Positions 20,375-29,532 of a DNA stretch of 64,000 nucleotides are shown in pieces (positions within the stretch are counted from its first letter, which is position 1; each line of letters begins with the position of its first letter). Made by a program: the position numbers and the translations under genes. Source of the stretch: a bacterium (lineage in GTDB: Bacteria; Patescibacteriota; Patescibacteriia; Patescibacteriales; UBA12465); contig JAUYNJ010000004.1 in the NCBI GenBank assembly GCA_030696105.1, positions 141,872-205,871 on the forward strand, written 5' to 3'. The notes beneath the pieces are model-generated. The model worked only from the letters and a program-made list of their open reading frames with translations, had not been told where the DNA came from and made no database searches.

Positions 20375-20770
20375 TTATGATTTTAATTTATTCATTGTGT
20401 CTTCTTCTTCTCCCTCGGCATACTTGTTGTCTGGCCAGCGATTCAAACCATCTCCGGCTTTTCGCGGAATCAAATGGAAATGTATGTGTGAAATCACTTG
20501 TCCCGCAACAGGATCATTGTTTTCTAAGACATTATAGCCATCATAGGCCAGATTTTCTTTAATCTTTTTTCCAATCTTTTTCACTGCCAGAATTAAGGCT
20601 GTCAAATCATCGCTTTCTATTGCCTCAAGATTAGCTACGTGTTTTTTTGGAATAACTAGAGTATGACCAACGTGAACTGGCGTGATATCAAGGAAAGCGA
20701 GCACGCGCTCATCTTCATACACTTTGTAGGCAGGAATTTCGCCAGCAATAATTTTGCAAAATACGCACAT
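20375..20770 (-). CDS. HIT family hydrolase
   Basis: Start set at MCVFCKI (ATG 20770); GHTLVIPK, AGQVISHIHFHLIPR. Confidence 0.92.
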   Translation of the reverse strand: MCVFCKIIAGEIPAYKVYEDERVLAFLDITPVHVGHTLVIPKKHVANLEAIESDDLTALILAVKKIGKKIKENLAYDGYNVLENNDPVAGQVISHIHFHLIPRKAGDGLNRWPDNKYAEGEEEDTMNKLKS

Positions 20771-20786
20771 AGATTTAAATTTATAA

Positions 20787-21236
20787 TTAAATCTTAAAAG
20801 GACTTTCGGGATCTTGTTCCCAGCGAATTTCATCAATTTCATCTTGCTTCATCACACCCTTATACAATTTGTCAGGCATATTAATTGAGAGTGCTGGAAC
20901 TTCAGAGATGCACTGATAGCCATGAACAACACCCGGTGGCACTAACACTGAGCAAGGATTACCCTCGCCGACTTCAAGCTCCATCTTTTCTCCCTTCGTA
21001 CTTGAGCCCTCGCGTCTGTCCCAAAGGTGTAAACGAAAACGGCCCGGGCCGATGAAAATAAAAAAATCACTTTGATAAACATGTTCATGAGGTCCGCGAA
21101 CAACACTCGGTAATGTGAGACTGACATAAGACATCGCTGGCGTTAAATCAACGCCGTCGCGTCGATAAATTTCCGACAACCAGCCGCGCTCATCTTCAAA
21201 CTGACCAATACTTTTTACAATGACACCATTAATCAT
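20787..21236 (-). CDS. rfbC: dTDP-4-dehydrorhamnose 3,5-epimerase-like cupin
   Basis: DERGWLSEIYR, VRGPHEH, VPPGVVHGY; close to rfbB. Confidence 0.8.
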   Translation of the reverse strand: MINGVIVKSIGQFEDERGWLSEIYRRDGVDLTPAMSYVSLTLPSVVRGPHEHVYQSDFFIFIGPGRFRLHLWDRREGSSTKGEKMELEVGEGNPCSVLVPPGVVHGYQCISEVPALSINMPDKLYKGVMKQDEIDEIRWEQDPESPFKI

Positions 21237-21240
21237 ATGT

Positions 21241-22224
21241 TTATTTCATTTTTCTTAAATCCAACAAACCGCCTTGAGCGCCGTAATGTGCAATTTTGGA
21301 AGCGGTATTTTTTGCGCTCATCAGTAATGACTTTTTAATGTTGCCGCCTGTCAGCTCTAATCCGGCAATGAAGGAGGAATTAAAGGCATCACCAACACCG
21401 GTGATATCAACACGCTTCTTTTCTTTAATAATACCCTGGTGATAGAACTTGTGGCCATCGTAAACGTCGGCACCATCACTACCAGAAGTAATAAGCACCA
21501 TCTTCGGGCCGGCGTTTTTCAGAATCACCAATAAATTTTCGGTGTTATTTAAGAAAGCTGCTTTTTTCTTCGCATAGCGCTCATCACTCATCACGAGCTC
21601 AATCGCCTCATCTTTATTCACACAAAAGACATCAGTTCTCTTTAAAAATGGGCTGAGTTTTTTTAATCCAAGCTGATATTGAGCGGCACCTGGGTTCCAG
21701 GCAATGCGAGGACCGGGAATAGAAAAAATATTACGTGCCGCCGGAAGCCATGATCCTGACAAAGATGTAATATACAGCCACTTACCAAGGCTAAGCAAAG
21801 ACATTTCATTCTTAGTGATACTTAAATTATTATTCGCTGAGCGACTACTAAAAATAACGCGCTCGCCGCTCGCTGTGACAAGCACAAAAGAAAGACCGCT
21901 CGGTTCTTTCTGATCAATTGCTAATAGACGGGTTGATACCCCGCGAGCCACTAAATTGGCGGCGATTTCGCGGCCATGGTGATCATTTCCAATTTTAGCC
22001 AAACAAGCGACCTCGAAACCAGAATTAGCAAAATTCACCGCAGCATTAACGGCGCCTCCGCCAAATAGATTGTAAAACTTATCCACCTTAATCTTAGCGC
22101 CGTATTCAAAGGCTAGTAAATTTTGGCGCAAAAGATCGCCTTTATTACCGACAAGAATACCTTCATCGGTAAAAAAGCTGATATCTCGCGTTGCCCCGCC
22201 AATTGTAATTACGTCGTATTTCAT
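21241..22224 (-). CDS. PfkB-family carbohydrate kinase
   Basis: GGGAVNAA, WNPG, VNKDEA, VDITGVGDAF. Confidence 0.9.
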   Translation of the reverse strand: MKYDVITIGGATRDISFFTDEGILVGNKGDLLRQNLLAFEYGAKIKVDKFYNLFGGGAVNAAVNFANSGFEVACLAKIGNDHHGREIAANLVARGVSTRLLAIDQKEPSGLSFVLVTASGERVIFSSRSANNNLSITKNEMSLLSLGKWLYITSLSGSWLPAARNIFSIPGPRIAWNPGAAQYQLGLKKLSPFLKRTDVFCVNKDEAIELVMSDERYAKKKAAFLNNTENLLVILKNAGPKMVLITSGSDGADVYDGHKFYHQGIIKEKKRVDITGVGDAFNSSFIAGLELTGGNIKKSLLMSAKNTASKIAHYGAQGGLLDLRKMK

Positions 22225-22254
22225 ATGTTTAATTTGCTAATATGATAGCATAAA

Positions 22255-22794
22255 TCAGCGTTTTTTCAAAAAGAAGGGCTGAAAGCGTCGACTGACGACC
22301 GCAAGGAGATTAAAGAATAGTCCGACAGCCACGAGACCAAGCAGCAGACTCCAGCCAAGTGATTCCCAGAAGGAGCCGCGGATTAAAAAGAAGCGATTCA
22401 CATTTTCCGATAAATCAAAAACTGACAGCAAGATGTTGCTTATAAAAGCCTCAGAAATAATGCCAATGGCGGTTAAAAGTAAGAACGAATACAAAGAGCG
22501 GTTAGTAAGAAGGTTTTCCAAAATAAGATAAACGATTACTACGCTCAAAGTTAAAGACAAAATCGAAATGCCGAAGGGGTGAAACCCTAGAATATCTAAA
22601 AACCAACCCATCGCGGCCGCCAAAAACCAAGCACGGTCCCGACTAACAAGCAGAAAGGCAAAAATAATAGCGACAACCGGCAAATCAAAGTTACTAATCG
22701 GCCAAGGCAAGGCGCTCACTAATGAAAATTGCGCCAGTGCAAGGGCGCCGGCGCCGAGAAACAAAAACAGATATTGAATAATCCGCTTATACAT
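22255..22794 (-). CDS. mreD: Rod shape-determining protein MreD
   Basis: Multi-TM protein with GWFLDIL...PFG; directly after mreC. Confidence 0.75.
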   Translation of the reverse strand: MYKRIIQYLFLFLGAGALALAQFSLVSALPWPISNFDLPVVAIIFAFLLVSRDRAWFLAAAMGWFLDILGFHPFGISILSLTLSVVIVYLILENLLTNRSLYSFLLLTAIGIISEAFISNILLSVFDLSENVNRFFLIRGSFWESLGWSLLLGLVAVGLFFNLLAVVSRRFQPFFLKKR

Positions 22795-22797
22795 AAG

Positions 22798-23610
22798 TTA
22801 TGGTAACACCACCGACACGACCGTTAGATTATGCAGTGAAGCCAGTGGTTCAATAGTGACGTCCTGCCAAATTTCATTACTCTGATTATTAACTTGAGAA
22901 ACGCGACCGATAACTAACCCACGCGGAATACTATCGCCTAAACCGGAAGTAATGATAATATCCTCTGGCGCAATCTTTTCAATTTGCGGGATGAAATTCA
23001 TTTTAATTGTTAAGCCCAATTCGCCGTCGGATAAGCCAATTGTTTGTGTGCTGTTAATGATAGCCGCTGCTAACTGACAACCTGAATCTGTCGTAAGACA
23101 AGCACGAGCGCTATTAGCTCTTACCTCCACGATTTTGCCAATAATAACACCGACTTCGTTGATAACGCCTAGTCCGCTGCGAATGCCATCAAGCGAACCT
23201 TTGTCAATAATAATATCGCGACCACCAGCCGTATCAAATAGATTTTGACGAGAAACAATGTTCGCGCTTATGACCTTATAATTATTACTACTAACAAAAT
23301 TTAATTGTTCCCTAAGTTTGTCATTCTCTTCGGCGAGTAATAGGAGTTGCGACTGATCGATATTAGCGGCAGCGAGCCGATTCTTCATCACCTCAAGCTC
23401 CAGTGCTAAATCCTCACTGGTTTTTTCTGCGTCTGGATTTTTTTGTGCGGCCGCACCAAGACCGTGAAGATTACGCGCCAGCGGACTCACCGCTTTAGAA
23501 ATGAAATTCTCAAGAGGCTTACTTAAACCGGCAAGATGCAACAATAAGAGTAGGCCAATTGCCCCGACCCAACGCCAAATCTTCTTTTGTTTCTTCCAGT
23601 TAAGCATCAT
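22798..23610 (-). CDS. mreC: Rod shape-determining protein MreC
   Basis: TM helix, coiled coil EENDKLREQL, IIDKGSLDG, ITSGLG..IPRGLVIGRV. Confidence 0.92.
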   Translation of the reverse strand: MMLNWKKQKKIWRWVGAIGLLLLLHLAGLSKPLENFISKAVSPLARNLHGLGAAAQKNPDAEKTSEDLALELEVMKNRLAAANIDQSQLLLLAEENDKLREQLNFVSSNNYKVISANIVSRQNLFDTAGGRDIIIDKGSLDGIRSGLGVINEVGVIIGKIVEVRANSARACLTTDSGCQLAAAIINSTQTIGLSDGELGLTIKMNFIPQIEKIAPEDIIITSGLGDSIPRGLVIGRVSQVNNQSNEIWQDVTIEPLASLHNLTVVSVVLP

Positions 23611-23613
23611 ATC

Positions 23614-24660
23614 TTATTTATCCAGAGAGACATTGCCTAAAGTCACCTTAGCGAGTAGTTCTGGGTCGCTTATTAAGATGCCGGTACCGCGCACCACGCA
23701 GGTTAGCGGATCGTCGACAATTTTGACTGGAATTTTTGCGGCCATAGAGATAGCCTGATTAAGGCCACGGAGTAAGGCGCCGCCGCCAGAAAGATAAATA
23801 CCGCGCTCATAAATATCCGCAACAAGCTCCGGTGGGGTCGTTTCTAAAATTGTTTTTATGTTTTCAATAATTTTGCCGACTGTGCGACCAATCGCTTCTC
23901 TTATCTGTTTATCGTTCACAATAATGGCTTTAGGCAGGCCGTTAATTAAATCGCGCCCACGCACTTCCATCTCCTGTGATTCCCCGCTTGTTAAAGCAGA
24001 ACCGATATTAATTTTAATTTCTTCAGCGAGTTGCTCGCCGATTAAAATATTAAACTCTTCACGAATATAATCGATAATATTGTTATCAAATTCGTTACCG
24101 GCTAGTCTTAAAGACTTCCAGGTGACAACGCCGCCCAAAGAAATAACGGCGATTTCGGTGCTACCACCACCAATATCAACAATCATCGTTGCTGTTGCCT
24201 CGGTTACTGGTAAATGCGCGCCGACAGCTGAAGCCATCGCTTCTTCCACTAAATACACCTTACGTGCCCCAGCTGAGCGCGCGGCATCCTCAACCGCCTT
24301 CTTCTCTACTTCTGTTAAGTCAAGCGGAATGCCTATCACAACTCGTGGGCGTGGAATAAGAGCGAAGTGTTCGCGGTGAGCTTTTGTAATAAAATACTTA
24401 AGCATTTTCTCGGTCACTTCGAAATCAGAAATTACACCATCAACCAGCGGTTTAATAGTCTCAATGTGAGCCGGTGTCTTGCCGACCATTTTTTTAGCGG
24501 CGGCACCGACTTCAAGAATTTCATTCGTACGCTTATTAATCGCAACGACTGAAGGTTCATTGATAACAAGTCCCTTATCAGCCATCACCACCAGCGTATT
24601 TTTAGTACCGAGGTCGATACCGAGGTCGTGAGAAAATCTGCCTAATAGTTTATTGAACAT
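23614..24660 (-). CDS. mreB: Rod shape-determining protein MreB (mreBCD operon copy)
   Basis: LGIDLGT, INEPSVVA, PLVDGVISD, VDIGGGSTE, TPPELVADI. Start set at MFNKLLG (24660). Confidence 0.95.
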   Translation of the reverse strand: MFNKLLGRFSHDLGIDLGTKNTLVVMADKGLVINEPSVVAINKRTNEILEVGAAAKKMVGKTPAHIETIKPLVDGVISDFEVTEKMLKYFITKAHREHFALIPRPRVVIGIPLDLTEVEKKAVEDAARSAGARKVYLVEEAMASAVGAHLPVTEATATMIVDIGGGSTEIAVISLGGVVTWKSLRLAGNEFDNNIIDYIREEFNILIGEQLAEEIKINIGSALTSGESQEMEVRGRDLINGLPKAIIVNDKQIREAIGRTVGKIIENIKTILETTPPELVADIYERGIYLSGGGALLRGLNQAISMAAKIPVKIVDDPLTCVVRGTGILISDPELLAKVTLGNVSLDK

Positions 24661-25876
24661 ATGCGGTAAGTTCATTTATTTTAATTAATTCAGCTGTTGT
24701 CTCTTCTCGTTTTTTTACTTCCGCACTTTCGGCTTCAAGCGTCTTCTTGCTAATCAGAACCCGATAGGGGCAGCCGATTAAATCAGCATCAGCAAATTTT
24801 TCGCCAGCGGACACGTCGCGGTCATCGTATAAAACTTCAACGCCAGCTTCGGTTAAATTCTTATAAATTTCATCGGCTTTTTCATTTACATTAAGCGAGA
24901 GGAGGTGAACTCTAAACGGGGCAATGTATTCTGGCCAGATAATACCTCTCTCATCGTGACTTGATTCGACAACTGTACCCATAATGCGGCTCAGCCCGAT
25001 GCCAAAACAACCCATCACCACCGGCTTTTTTGCACCGCTTGCATCACTGTAGCCAAGAGCAAAGGCGTCTGAGTACTTGGTACCTAATTTAAAAATGTTA
25101 CCGACTTCAACCGCCTTCTCTTCCCTCAATTCAGAGCTGCCACAGGTGGGACAGGTATTTTGCTCAGCGATAATCTCCTTATTAATCGCCAAGCGACATT
25201 TATCACAAATATAAATTATATCTTCTCCTGATTCTGTGAGAGTTTGATATTCATGTGAATACTTTGAGAAGGAGCCGCCAGAGGCAAAAGTGAAATAAGT
25301 CTTTTCACCCAAACCAACGCGGTCAAAAATACGCGTATAAGCATCGGAGACGCGATCATAATACGCATCTAAGCCTGCTTGATCAAGATGAAAAGAATAC
25401 AAATCCTTCATTAAAAATTCGCGGCCACGTAGTAAACCTGCCTTGGCTCTTTTTTCATTTCTAAACTTTGTTTGTATTTGAAAAACAGCAAAAGGTAATT
25501 CGCGATATGAATAGATAAATTTTTTAGCCAGTGGTGTTACCACTTCTTCATGAGTCGGATTAAGGGCATATTCTTTTTTATCAGAGGCAGCAATCTTAAA
25601 AAGAATATCTAAAGATTCCCAGCGACCAGTGCTCTCCCAATTTTCTTTAGGCGCAAAGGCGGGCATGCTAATTTCTTGACCCTCAACAGAAAACATCTCT
25701 TCTCTAATGATTTCTCTAATTTTATTTAAAACACGAAGACCGAGCGGCAGAAAAGAATAAACACCGGCTGCGACCTTATCAATAAAGCCGGCGCGCAGCA
25801 GGGCTTGAGCGTTGTAACTTGTTTCGTCCTTCGGCAACTCTTTCAGAGTGCGGGTAAATAATTGAGTTTGTCTCAT
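24650..25876 (-). CDS. proS: Proline--tRNA ligase, short form lacking the INS editing domain
   Basis: MRQTQLF, PTHEE, FRNEKRAKAGLLRGREFLMKDLYSF, EVGNIFKLG, DDRD..AGEKFADADLIG; 408 aa. Confidence 0.95.
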   Translation of the reverse strand: MRQTQLFTRTLKELPKDETSYNAQALLRAGFIDKVAAGVYSFLPLGLRVLNKIREIIREEMFSVEGQEISMPAFAPKENWESTGRWESLDILFKIAASDKKEYALNPTHEEVVTPLAKKFIYSYRELPFAVFQIQTKFRNEKRAKAGLLRGREFLMKDLYSFHLDQAGLDAYYDRVSDAYTRIFDRVGLGEKTYFTFASGGSFSKYSHEYQTLTESGEDIIYICDKCRLAINKEIIAEQNTCPTCGSSELREEKAVEVGNIFKLGTKYSDAFALGYSDASGAKKPVVMGCFGIGLSRIMGTVVESSHDERGIIWPEYIAPFRVHLLSLNVNEKADEIYKNLTEAGVEVLYDDRDVSAGEKFADADLIGCPYRVLISKKTLEAESAEVKKREETTAELIKINELTAYVQ

Positions 25877-25886
25877 AATAAATATT

Positions 25887-26474
25887 TTAAATCCTTTTAC
25901 CTAATCTTTTTAAAGCTGTCTTTACACGTTCACCACTGTCAGTCAGCGTTGTGTCAACTTCATTTAAAGCTGCACGTGCATCTTGCATCGAGTAACCGAG
26001 GGCAATTAAGGCATCAAGCTCATCACCGTAACTCGTTGACATTGACGGTGCACCGAGCGAGCCACCGCTCATTATTTTACCAACCTTATTTTTTAACTCT
26101 AACACGACTCTCTCCGCTGTCTTTTTGCCGATGCCGGCAACCTTCGTTAATAATTCAGCGTCGCCGCGTAAAACTGCCTCACGCACATCATCAACTGTCG
26201 CGATAGACATAACTCCGAGAGCCGACTTTGGTCCGACCCCGGAAACTGATAACAATAATCCAAACATTTCCAATTCTTCTACGTTACGGAATCCATACAA
26301 ATCCGAAGCATCCTCACGGACGATATGTGAGAGGTAGAATTCGCGGTCTTCAGCAATTTTAATTGAACCTAACAAAGACTCGCCGGCAAATATTTGGTAG
26401 CCGACGTTATTTACGTCTAATATTACGTAATTATTTCCTTTTGCCAAAACCTGGCCGCGCAGATATGCGAGCAT
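25887..26474 (-). CDS. ruvA: Holliday junction branch migration protein RuvA
   Basis: MLAYLRG, VGY, VRED..LYGF, VSGVGPKSA, GIGKKTAER..LELK, ALIALGY. Confidence 0.95.
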   Translation of the reverse strand: MLAYLRGQVLAKGNNYVILDVNNVGYQIFAGESLLGSIKIAEDREFYLSHIVREDASDLYGFRNVEELEMFGLLLSVSGVGPKSALGVMSIATVDDVREAVLRGDAELLTKVAGIGKKTAERVVLELKNKVGKIMSGGSLGAPSMSTSYGDELDALIALGYSMQDARAALNEVDTTLTDSGERVKTALKRLGKRI

Positions 26475-26541
26475 ATATTCTTAGTATAGTATATCCTCCG
26501 ATATAATAAAATCTTGACGAAATCAGCTATAAAAGCCAGCC

Positions 26542-27453
26542 CTATTTTAAGCCTCTAAGACGAGCAATACGCTCATCAATGGGCGGGTGAGTCATCTGTA
26601 GTTTTGTAAACCAAGAGATCTTGCCTCGAGCCTCCCTCTCTTTAAACGGAGTCACAATGTACATGTGTGCCGTTGCCCGGTTCGCAGCCTCAAGCGGCTC
26701 CCTGTCGGCGCTCAGCTTCTCTAAAGCGCGAGCTAGGCCTTCAGGGTAACGCGTTAACAAAGCGGCGTCAGCGTCAGCAGCAAATTCTCGTTTGCGCGAA
26801 ACTGCGAGCTTAAGTAATTGGGCAAATAGAGGGGCGAGAATAGCAAAAGCAATCGCCACCACGACCATGATAGTGCCGACCTGACTGTTATTATTATTAT
26901 CACGCCGATTACCACCCAAGAAAGACCAATGTCGAAACCAGTCAGCGAGAAGTACGACAATGCCGACTAAAACGGTAGCGACAGTAGCAATTAAGATGTC
27001 ACGATTACCGACGTGTGATAATTCATGAGCAATAACTCCCTCCAGTTCAGTCTTTTCGAGTTTACCTAAGATGCCGGAGGTAAAAGCAATTGCCGCGTGC
27101 TTCGGATCGCGTCCAGTCGCAAAGGCATTAGGGGCGCTATCTTCAATAATATAAATTTTTGGTATCGGCAAACCAGCGGTAATACAAAGATTTTCTACAA
27201 GCCGATAGAGCTCACGTCCATTATTACGATCTACCTGCTTAGCACCCGACATCGACAACACAATCTTATCGCTATACCAGTAACTGATAAAGCTCATCAA
27301 GGTGCTGATGATTACCGCTATCGGCAAGATAAGGGGTTGATCCATCGCCATGGCGAAGAAATAGCCGACGACGATAATAAAGACGAAAAACCCGGTCATC
27401 AAAAACCAGGTTTTTCTTTTATTGACCGCGCTGTAATTATATAGGTTGGTCAT
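26542..27453 (-). CDS. htpX: Zinc metalloprotease HtpX (M48)
   Basis: PNAFATGR, AHELSH, SRKREF.AD, THPPIDERI. Confidence 0.93.
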   Translation of the reverse strand: MTNLYNYSAVNKRKTWFLMTGFFVFIIVVGYFFAMAMDQPLILPIAVIISTLMSFISYWYSDKIVLSMSGAKQVDRNNGRELYRLVENLCITAGLPIPKIYIIEDSAPNAFATGRDPKHAAIAFTSGILGKLEKTELEGVIAHELSHVGNRDILIATVATVLVGIVVLLADWFRHWSFLGGNRRDNNNNSQVGTIMVVVAIAFAILAPLFAQLLKLAVSRKREFAADADAALLTRYPEGLARALEKLSADREPLEAANRATAHMYIVTPFKEREARGKISWFTKLQMTHPPIDERIARLRGLK

Positions 27454-27462
27454 ATGAGTTCA

Positions 27463-28224
27463 TTATTTATTTTCCCTATCCATCTTCTTCACAAAGCCAT
27501 CAAAGGCTCTAAGTATTTCTACCGGTGTAACAAAGACAACGGTGTTAGATTGATCAGAGGATAAATCATTAATTGACTGCAAGGTGCGAAGATGAAGAGC
27601 CCCCGGTGTTTCCGCTAGTGTTTTTGCGGCATGAGCAATGTTTGAGGCCGCAGCCAATTCACCTTCGGAATTAATGATAACAGCTCTCTTCTCTCTTTCC
27701 GCTTCAGCTTGTTTAGCAATTGTGCGTTCCATTGATTCCGGCAAAGACACATCTTTCAGTTCCACGTTATTTACCTTGATTCCCCATTCATCCGTTTCTT
27801 TGTCGACGATTTCGCGAATGCGGTCAGCAATCTTTTCGCGCTGACCAAGTAATTCATCAAGAGTTGCTTCACCAACGATATTACGCATCGTTGTCTGTGC
27901 ATATTGGGAAATGGCGTACTGAAAATTTTCAACTTCGATAATCGCTTTCTCGGCAGCGGCTACTTTGTAGTAGATGACAGCGTTAACAGTCACCGGCACG
28001 TTGTCGCGAGTTATCGCACGCTGATCAGGAACATCAACTGCCTTGATGCGAACATCGACTTTGCGGAAGGTCTGGAAAATTGGGATTAATAAGCGCCAAC
28101 CCGGTTGCATTACGTAAGAATAGCGACCCATAGTAAAGACCACTCCCCGTTCATATTGATTAACCTGCTTTAAAAAAGCCAGGAGCACAATAGCAATAAA
28201 AATAATTAAATAAATCCAAGTCAT
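27463..28224 (-). CDS. SPFH/band-7 (stomatin-like) protein
   Basis: QYERGVVF..GR, AITRDNV.V.V.AVIYY, QTTMRN, AKQAEAEREKRA, ALHLRTLQ. Confidence 0.93.
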   Translation of the reverse strand: MTWIYLIIFIAIVLLAFLKQVNQYERGVVFTMGRYSYVMQPGWRLLIPIFQTFRKVDVRIKAVDVPDQRAITRDNVPVTVNAVIYYKVAAAEKAIIEVENFQYAISQYAQTTMRNIVGEATLDELLGQREKIADRIREIVDKETDEWGIKVNNVELKDVSLPESMERTIAKQAEAEREKRAVIINSEGELAAASNIAHAAKTLAETPGALHLRTLQSINDLSSDQSNTVVFVTPVEILRAFDGFVKKMDRENK

Positions 28225-28280
28225 ATATTTTTTATTTTTCAGCTCTTTTTAGAAAAAGAGCATAAGAAATTAATAATATT

Positions 28281-28838
28281 TTAAAACTTTACCGCCACCA
28301 CCTCTTTTTCTCCTTCAGCCGCTTCAAAAAAAGTGTAGACCTTAAAACCAAGCATGCGCCCAAAAATATTGGTTGGGAATATCTGTAATTTAGTATTGAA
28401 ATCACGAACGTTAGTATTATAGAAACGACGTGAGGCCATAATCTTATCTTCGGTATCAGTTAAATCGCGTTGTAATTCTAAGAAGTTTTGATTAGCTTTT
28501 AAATCAGGATAACTTTCGGCTAAGGCAAAAATTGATTTTAAGGCAGTGGTTAAATTATTTTCCGCCTTAAGCATGTCCTCAGAATTGTTGCTTGATTGAG
28601 CACTCATTGCCTGATTACGAGCATTTATTACCTTAGTAAAAGTTTCCTGCTCATGACTAGCATAACCCTTTACCGTTTCAACTAGATTCGGGATCAAATC
28701 GTGACGACGCTTTAATTGCACATCAATGTCACTCCAAGCTTCATCCACTCTATTTTTAGAGCGAATTAAGGCATTGTACATGCCCATAAGAATGAAGGCT
28801 AAAATAACGATAATAGCTAGAATAATCCATGAAGTCAT
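28281..28838 (-). CDS. lemA: LemA family protein
   Basis: N-terminal TM, AWSDIDVQLKRRHDLIPNLVETVKGY, ESYPDLKANQNF, RRFYN. Confidence 0.95.
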   Translation of the reverse strand: MTSWIILAIIVILAFILMGMYNALIRSKNRVDEAWSDIDVQLKRRHDLIPNLVETVKGYASHEQETFTKVINARNQAMSAQSSNNSEDMLKAENNLTTALKSIFALAESYPDLKANQNFLELQRDLTDTEDKIMASRRFYNTNVRDFNTKLQIFPTNIFGRMLGFKVYTFFEAAEGEKEVVAVKF

Positions 28839-28883
28839 ATTTTTTTAATTATTTTTTATATTTTTTAATTAATTTGCCCCATT

Positions 28884-28912
28884 ATTATAGCAAAATTATT
28901 GTATTTTGTCCA
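28884..28912 (-). promoter_or_regulatory. Sigma70-type promoter of lemA-SPFH-htpX
   Basis: Minus strand TGGACA-17 bp-TATAAT with extended -10 TGC. Confidence 0.6.
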
Positions 28913-28922
28913 CAGAAAATTA

Positions 28923-28953
28923 AAATTTGGCTGCGACAAATTTGGCTGCGACA
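28923..28953. repeat. Perfect 15-bp tandem duplication
   Basis: AAATTTGGCTGCGAC at 28923-28937 and 28938-28952. Confidence 0.9.
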
Positions 28954-29397
28954 CTTGACAAATATTTATTTAAACAATAAGCTTCAAGCAAGTTATTTAA
29001 AATAAATGCTGATTAAAAATTAATAAACAGAAGGACTGTTGCCATCAAACTAATTTCCATATTTTATTATGTAAATATTAAGTTTGTAGAAAATGAGCAC
29101 TCTCTTTAAAATTTTTAACAAAGCATAATCACCATTTATTTTAGCAAAGGTAAAGCCATTAAGGAGATTTGATGATTTGATAAATTTTATCCATGATTCA
29201 ACCTTAGGAAATTAAGGCATACCATATTTGCAGTCGTAACTTATTTTTATGTTCTTTTTTTCTTGGTAATTTTCAGTTTTATTCTTCTCCTATTTTTTCA
29301 GTAATAAATATTTGTCATTTGGTTAAGATATCGTTTAAGCTGAAAAAAAATGGGCAAGAGTTTTTGTTGGTCCTCAGTGAAAAGAGGATTAACAGAG

Positions 29398-29431
29398 AAC
29401 CGGATAATATGCATCATATATCCGGTTTTTT
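29398..29431 (+). terminator. Terminator-like hairpin (plus orientation)
   Basis: AACCGGATA...TATCCGGTT followed by a T run; no intact plus-strand gene precedes it. Confidence 0.6.
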
Positions 29432-29532
29432 ATTTCTTTTATTATTTTACTTGGTAAGACTATGTGAGCTAGAGGTAATTTTTTCCGAATAAACACCTCC
29501 CCGCCCTAATCCCCACTCCAATATTGATAAAC

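Noticed and set aside
24650..25876. proS truncated or pseudogene because it is only 408 aa
   Set aside because: All class II motifs and the anticodon-binding domain are present; editing-domain-less ProRS is a known natural form.
28906..28914. DnaA-box-like TTGTCCACA next to an AT-rich gap (oriC?)
   Set aside because: Single imperfect box that coincides with the lemA -35; no box cluster or dnaA/dnaN nearby.
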